A DNA stretch of 63,258 nucleotides, counting the filler. It is 5 parts of 5 records of this genome, joined end to end, with 100 filler letters (N's around TTAATTAATTAA, not from the genome) between each part and the next. Parts side by side here need not be neighbours in the genome. Positions count along the whole stretch, not along the records: positions 46,775 to 63,258 come from SRR2962707_3585; 4 more parts are not named here. The stretch is one strand, 5' to 3'. Below are positions 63,080 through 63,258 of this stretch, piece after piece. Numbering within the stretch: position 1 is the stretch's first letter; every line of letters begins with the position of its first letter. A program made the position numbers and the translations under genes. The notes beneath the pieces are model-generated. The model saw only the letters and a list, made by a program, of their open reading frames with translations. It ran no database searches and was not told the DNA's origin.

Positions 63080-63196
63080 CCGCAGCGAAAAGATTGTCGG
63101 GCCATCTTGTTAGATGGTCCGATGCCCTCCGTGTAGCTGGCCGGATCACCGTCAAGCTTGGCCAAGTGGATGCAGGGGCGTAATTCACCTGTCCGA

Positions 63197-63210
63197 TTGA
63201 GCGATCTCAA
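63197..63210. promoter_or_regulatory. FNR-type box upstream of the next, unseen gene
   Basis: TTGAG-CGAT-CTCAA perfect palindrome. Confidence 0.55.
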
Positions 63211-63258
63211 TCAAAGCGCCATGCAATGTGTAGATATGTACGGACTCTCGGGACACTT

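Overview
This window is not one locus. It is five unrelated contigs joined by artificial 100-bp linkers (44 N, TTAATTAATTAA, 44 N). (1) 1-10188 is a eukaryotic, protist-like contig encoding one ~2,800-aa secreted protein with PSI domains, coiled coils and a Thr-rich region. (2) 10289-32328 is an AT-rich Flavobacteriaceae-like contig with BlaI/M56, a Ca/Na antiporter, divergent GSII and GSIII, purM, nrdJ, prfA, pyrF, a BtuF-like protein, purU, icmF, a UDP-glucuronate decarboxylase and a truncated response regulator. (3) 32429-37574 is a eukaryotic contig with an intron-containing Nup155/Nup170 gene. (4) 37675-46674 is an alphaproteobacterial metY-rplM-rpsI-argC region. (5) 46775-63258 is a Rhodobacteraceae-like island with four FNR-type boxes (ABC exporter, phaC, P-type ATPase, antiporter, USP) and decayed IS elements. 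Three signals stand out. First, an IS110 element sits in the A6G slippery site of an IS3, and its non-coding end folds like a bridge RNA carrying 8-nt matches to both the target and its own end. Second, a ~41-bp hairpin element is inserted three times, each time inside an IS3 transposase gene. Third, an inverted pair of GC-rich palindromic repeats is translated in frame inside icmF. Family and taxon assignments come from motif recognition; no searches were run.
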